Notes under the pieces: generated by a model
Told to the model about the DNA's origin: nothing
Seen by the model: the letters and a program-made list of their open reading frames with translations, nothing else
Database searches by the model: none
Made by a program: the position numbers and the translations under genes
Source of the DNA: Minisyncoccota bacterium
Lineage (GTDB): Bacteria > Patescibacteriota > Minisyncoccia > Phycocordibacterales > UBA9973
Direction of reading: 5' to 3'
Length of the DNA: 64,000 nt
Assembly: GCA_031413715.1 (NCBI GenBank)
Contig: JANOFO010000003.1
Span: forward strand, 75,047-139,046
Shown: piece by piece, positions 59,880-64,000 of the stretch
Layout: each line of letters opens with the position of its first letter
Numbering within the stretch: position 1 is the stretch's first letter

Positions 59880-60605
59880 ATGGCACAGTTAACGTTCAAA
59901 AAAAAGCCAGGCGGCTCTCTTATCGCAAGAGTTAAAGCATCCAGTAATTTCACAGTTGAAGTAACGAACCGTGGGTACTGGCTACCCTCAGCAACAGAAT
60001 TAGAAGGTAAGCTTCGGCCTGAAAAAGATTTTTTTGATGCAAAAGGTGAGGAGACGGACAAAGTCAACAGACACCTATACAACAGGGTTAAAGCCCTGAT
60101 CAGGTACCTTACTGAAGACCTGAGCCAGCAGCTTGACTGCAGCTTAATCAATGCAGAGAAAATATTAACCAGTGCTGGCAATGCTCTGTACCGGGCATGG
60201 TTCGGGAAGGAGAAAGAAGAGGCTTGCTACTTCTTTTTATCTCAAAACCCTAAAAAGAAATCATTTCTGTACCGTACATCAAGTGACGAAATTAATTTCG
60301 GCTCACTGATGACCCGTAAAAGCTGGGTAGGTTTAAAAGACATGATTGCTGCTGCCAAAATGCAATGCAAAGTAGTCCCTGTAATAGACAAGGATGAGAA
60401 AAAAGCAGCAATGAATGCCTTCTTTTATTCATTAGAACTCCGAAGAATTAAAAAAGAGAGTATCGATGATTATAAGAAATCTGCAGACAGGAGACAGCAG
60501 CAGCAAAAGCCGGAAGTAAAAATAACTAAGAAAACGGTACCAGTTATTAAAATTGATAAAAAAATAAAAACTGGTAAAAAAATCAAAGTTACAGCTACAA
60601 AGTAA
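59880..60605 (+). CDS. Hypothetical protein with a Lys-rich C-terminus
   Basis: ORF only. Confidence 0.45.
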   Translation: MAQLTFKKKPGGSLIARVKASSNFTVEVTNRGYWLPSATELEGKLRPEKDFFDAKGEETDKVNRHLYNRVKALIRYLTEDLSQQLDCSLINAEKILTSAGNALYRAWFGKEKEEACYFFLSQNPKKKSFLYRTSSDEINFGSLMTRKSWVGLKDMIAAAKMQCKVVPVIDKDEKKAAMNAFFYSLELRRIKKESIDDYKKSADRRQQQQKPEVKITKKTVPVIKIDKKIKTGKKIKVTATK

Positions 60606-60630
60606 AAGTAGCAACGGTGAATAACACCGC

Positions 60631-60680
60631 AATGCCTCACACGTTCTATTCATAGAAACGAGTGAGGCATTTTTTTATAT
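60631..60680. terminator. Bidirectional terminator-like stem-loop between convergent genes
   Basis: aatgcctcac-(nested hairpin)-gtgaggcatt followed by ttttttt. Confidence 0.55.
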
Positions 60681-60703
60681 TAATTCAACTTGAATAAAGG
60701 AAA

Positions 60704-63700
60704 TTACGCAGCTTGAGTAATCCTTTTTGATGCTACTCTTCTTTTAGGAATTTTTTTAACAACAGAGGTTTTCCTTTCACTATCTTTTATGCCTTGCATC
60801 TGTTTAGCAAATTCAGCTTCTATAGCGGAAATCGAATCTTTCAAAAATGTTTCTTTGTCTTTATCCTCATTTCCAGCTATTTTTTTGTACTCTTCGTATG
60901 CACCATCAATAGTCACTTTAGTTGGACTATCATCATCTAAATTTTTATAGTCCTTCATTGCAAAATATCCATCATGCCATTTCCGATATAGTTTCATAAG
61001 TCGAGGTTCCTTAGAAAGTCGTCCCATAAATTCTCGTGTTAGTCTAGAATTTTTATTTGTTTTCTGTCGATTTGGGTTTAATGTTTTTGGTTTGTTTGCT
61101 TTTTGTTTTACTTTATCATTCGCTTTTCTTAATTCAGATATAAACTCTTTCATCGAAGGGTATCGATCTTTCGGGTCTGGACTCATACCCTTTTTGATAA
61201 CATTCTTTATTTCTGTTGGTACAATGCGAGGGAATCTAATTACTCCTTGTTCATGTAATTTTTCATATTCGGCGAATTTTTCTGACGGAGATAGGCCTTT
61301 TGTTTTCTCTTCAATGTTATACGGCCATTTACCTGTAATATATCTATAAAGATTAGCTGAGGCAGCGTATACATCTACTGTTTTATCAAAACTTGGAGTA
61401 TCTTTAAATAATTCAGGAGCCATAGCGAATCTATTGCCGTTTGGAAATTCTTGTCTTGAAATTCCATTTGAATCTGGGTTAATTGCAGCACCATCAAGAT
61501 CAGTCAATCTTAGGCTATTTTTTGTTAAGATAATATTGCCTGGAGATATATCAACATTTATTACCCCTGCATCATTTAATGAATCAACTATTTCAGAAAT
61601 ACGCAACATAGATGAAACCGATTCATCTGCAGATAATTTATTAGAACCTAGGTACTGTAGAAGATCAGTATCTCCTGCTTCATAGAACCTATACGTTTTG
61701 CCGTTTTGTTCAAATGTTTTGAGAGGTAACAGAACTCCTGGATTTTTGAATCCTTTACTTGCTAAGAACGATTCAGGTGTTTCGTTACCCCAGAAACGTG
61801 ATTTCTTCCAATCATTAAGATATGAAGTACTGACTTCTTTAGCTACTAAAATTTTATTGTCACCAGGCCTATACGCTAATGATACTTTGCCTGTTGCCGC
61901 ATCAGAAAGAACAAAATCTTTTGCGATAATATACCCATCTATATTTTCTTTATTCTGTGAATTTAAGAGTTCATTGATATTTTGAGCTCGCCTATTTACA
62001 TTAAAATTAAGTTTATTTTGATTGTTCGTATCGATCGATTTCTGAGATTTATTTCCAGTATCTTTCCCTCTAATTCTATTGAGCTTTTCAATAGCTTCAG
62101 GTTTGCCTGAGCGCGCATCACGCATGAGTTTACCTTCAATTTGATATCCTTTTAATCCTTTAATAAGCGAAGTCATACTAGTTATCAATACATCGCCCTT
62201 ATAATCGAGAGTATATTTTATACCCAACCACCCTAAGGCCTTACTATAATAGGCATTGTCTTTCCCGAGTTTCTCACCTGACTCCCAAGAGTCCAAGGTT
62301 CTATTTATTATGTATTCTAGAGATTTTTTCAATTTAATTTGAGTCTCTCTGTCGTTATAATCAATGGCATCTCCTTGTTCCATAGTCAACTTCCTGACTT
62401 CATCGTCAAAAGCACTAAAGCCTTTATTCCATTGTTCAACAGGGGCTAGACCAGATTTTAATGCATCAATAGAACGACGTGATGAAGTAAAAAGACGAGT
62501 ATTTACACCAGCAAACCCTAGAGCTTTTTTATTATCTCCTCGGGCTTTTATTATAGCCTGACCAATTGAAATATCCTCTCCACCTTCTAAGTTATCTATG
62601 TAACCTCCAATACCGGCAAACATACTTGACCTGAAAGCAGAGTTTGCTCCACTTGAAACCATACTATTAGTTTTATGACGACCAATTACACTTAAGTATT
62701 GGAAAAGTCTAGTACCTATATGAATAGCCGGGTATTTTTGATAGGATTCTGGATCCCAATCGAGCTGCCCTAAAAGAGCATCGACAGTTGGATTATCTTC
62801 AAATTTATTAATAAATGTTTGAATATACTTAGGATCAATTCCTTTATTATCTGCATCGTTACTTATCATTATTAGATCAGGGGCATCTTTACCTCTTTCA
62901 TTCTGACGAATCAACGTAGCGTCAGATAATATCTTTCTGATTCTACCTATTTTTGCTTCCTCATTTGGTAAAATCTCATACATGATCCTGATATTGATAG
63001 TAGGATGATTCGTTTTGAATTTTTCAATTTCAGCAAGTGTTTCATCTGCGTTTAGTATGTTGCCATCTCTATCTTTTTCAGGATGATTAACATATAAAAC
63101 TATCTCATACTCTTCTGGTTTAGCAGTTTGGTAAGTATAATTTTTAAGAGATTCATAGATTTGATTACCCTCTTGGTGACCAGCTACGGGAATACAAACA
63201 GAGACTTTGCATTCTTTTTCCATTTTTTCACATGTTTGTGAAAGCCTTTTTACTCTTTCTAGATAGGCTTTGTCTTGTTTCTCTAAATAATCAGCAATCT
63301 CTTTATAGTGATCTAATTTTGCATTCGGATTTTCTTTTAATGTTTTTGATCTTAGTTTTTCGAATAGAGCTAGCTTTTCTTCTGAAGTAGCTCCACCATT
63401 ATAATTTAAGTAGTATTCCATTTGATTATTGAAGGAAAGAGGTTCTGGAAGTAATTTTTTTCTATATCCTATCGACTCCAGCGGTCTTCGTGGAACAATT
63501 GGAATAAAATATGGAGGATCAACTTTATGATCAAGCGGAATTTGTAATTCATTTATAATGATACTTTTTGGTCCTGGGATAGTTATCTCGCCATGATCAG
63601 GGCCTACGTATGTTGCTAGCTCTTTAACATGTAGGCGACCACTTGCATCATTTCCAAAAGTCTCAGAGACCTCAGCATATTTTCCATGGAAAACTGCGTG

Positions 63701-63979
63701 ACCATTTGCATCAGTACTGAAGAACAATCGGCCTATTTCGCTATCTGGAGGAATAGTAGCATTCCCATATATATCAATATCAACTGGAAATGGATGAGTT
63801 TGAGTACCTCTAGTTAATGAAAGGAAAATTTTCAATCCACCGTGTTTTATTTTTTCTTGAGCATCTACCGAGAGACCATCGTGGAATGATCCACCCGATG
63901 TCATGTGAGAAACATTGAACACAAAATTACCATTGGCATCAATTCCCGTATTCCCTCCCCCTCCCCACCACAACTTCAA
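60704..63979 (-). CDS. 1091-aa multidomain protein: an N-terminal region, a GT2 glycosyltransferase (GT-A) domain, a protein-kinase-like domain, and a Lys-rich tail
   Basis: GT-A block: CIPVAGHQEG...LIMISNDADN...GGEDISIG. Kinase block: VAKEV..., VDISPGNIIL (HRD-like), DLDG (DFG-like), APELF (APE). The N-terminus is close to the window edge. Confidence 0.65.
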   Translation of the reverse strand: MKLWWGGGGNTGIDANGNFVFNVSHMTSGGSFHDGLSVDAQEKIKHGGLKIFLSLTRGTQTHPFPVDIDIYGNATIPPDSEIGRLFFSTDANGHAVFHGKYAEVSETFGNDASGRLHVKELATYVGPDHGEITIPGPKSIIINELQIPLDHKVDPPYFIPIVPRRPLESIGYRKKLLPEPLSFNNQMEYYLNYNGGATSEEKLALFEKLRSKTLKENPNAKLDHYKEIADYLEKQDKAYLERVKRLSQTCEKMEKECKVSVCIPVAGHQEGNQIYESLKNYTYQTAKPEEYEIVLYVNHPEKDRDGNILNADETLAEIEKFKTNHPTINIRIMYEILPNEEAKIGRIRKILSDATLIRQNERGKDAPDLIMISNDADNKGIDPKYIQTFINKFEDNPTVDALLGQLDWDPESYQKYPAIHIGTRLFQYLSVIGRHKTNSMVSSGANSAFRSSMFAGIGGYIDNLEGGEDISIGQAIIKARGDNKKALGFAGVNTRLFTSSRRSIDALKSGLAPVEQWNKGFSAFDDEVRKLTMEQGDAIDYNDRETQIKLKKSLEYIINRTLDSWESGEKLGKDNAYYSKALGWLGIKYTLDYKGDVLITSMTSLIKGLKGYQIEGKLMRDARSGKPEAIEKLNRIRGKDTGNKSQKSIDTNNQNKLNFNVNRRAQNINELLNSQNKENIDGYIIAKDFVLSDAATGKVSLAYRPGDNKILVAKEVSTSYLNDWKKSRFWGNETPESFLASKGFKNPGVLLPLKTFEQNGKTYRFYEAGDTDLLQYLGSNKLSADESVSSMLRISEIVDSLNDAGVINVDISPGNIILTKNSLRLTDLDGAAINPDSNGISRQEFPNGNRFAMAPELFKDTPSFDKTVDVYAASANLYRYITGKWPYNIEEKTKGLSPSEKFAEYEKLHEQGVIRFPRIVPTEIKNVIKKGMSPDPKDRYPSMKEFISELRKANDKVKQKANKPKTLNPNRQKTNKNSRLTREFMGRLSKEPRLMKLYRKWHDGYFAMKDYKNLDDDSPTKVTIDGAYEEYKKIAGNEDKDKETFLKDSISAIEAEFAKQMQGIKDSERKTSVVKKIPKRRVASKRITQAA

Positions 63980-64000
63980 TTCATTTTTATCAAAAATGGG

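Overview
The window is AT-rich and gene-dense, with short intergenic spacers. Its gene content fits a small-genome bacterium, possibly a Candidate Phyla Radiation / Patescibacteria organism; this is an inference from gene content and cannot be confirmed here. Most genes in the first 47 kb lie on the minus strand. No rRNA genes and no CRISPR array were seen.

Main content, in order:
- ABC-F ATPase, then an ECF sigma factor with a coupled membrane partner, next to a secreted PKD/Fn3 protein.
- pyrG–ftsX–ftsE–prfB block followed by a dense tRNA cluster: Thr(GGT), Thr(CGT), two Met(CAT), Asp(GTC), plus degenerate tRNA fragments.
- ligA–gatC–gatA fused onto a complete type IV pilus cluster (pilM/N/O/B/T/C, major pilin, pilD, four minor pilins, an embedded single-domain response regulator), with convergent comFC.
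- A redox neighbourhood: msrB, a truncated msrA, a CcdA-thioredoxin fusion, and a Met-rich thioredoxin.
- After tRNA-Ser and a class-II tRNA, a large serine recombinase gene overlaps the tRNA 3' end. It is followed by about 8 kb of uncharacterised cargo. The best candidate for a novel system is a co-directional trio: a 512-aa protein with a PD-(D/E)xK-like motif, a 581-aa Cys-rich protein with an internal duplication, and a 330-aa unknown.
- MBL-fold hydrolase, a soluble histidine kinase plus receiver, recG, and a 1091-aa GT2 glycosyltransferase fused to a protein-kinase-like domain.

Structure not explained by genes:
- About 120-nt structured elements attached to tRNA 3' ends. They are flanked by inverted and direct copies of the tRNA terminal nucleotides. 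Two copies share a roughly 85-nt core with compensatory stem changes.
- Several families of short dispersed repeats. Some of them overlap and supply the last codons and the stop codon of unrelated genes.
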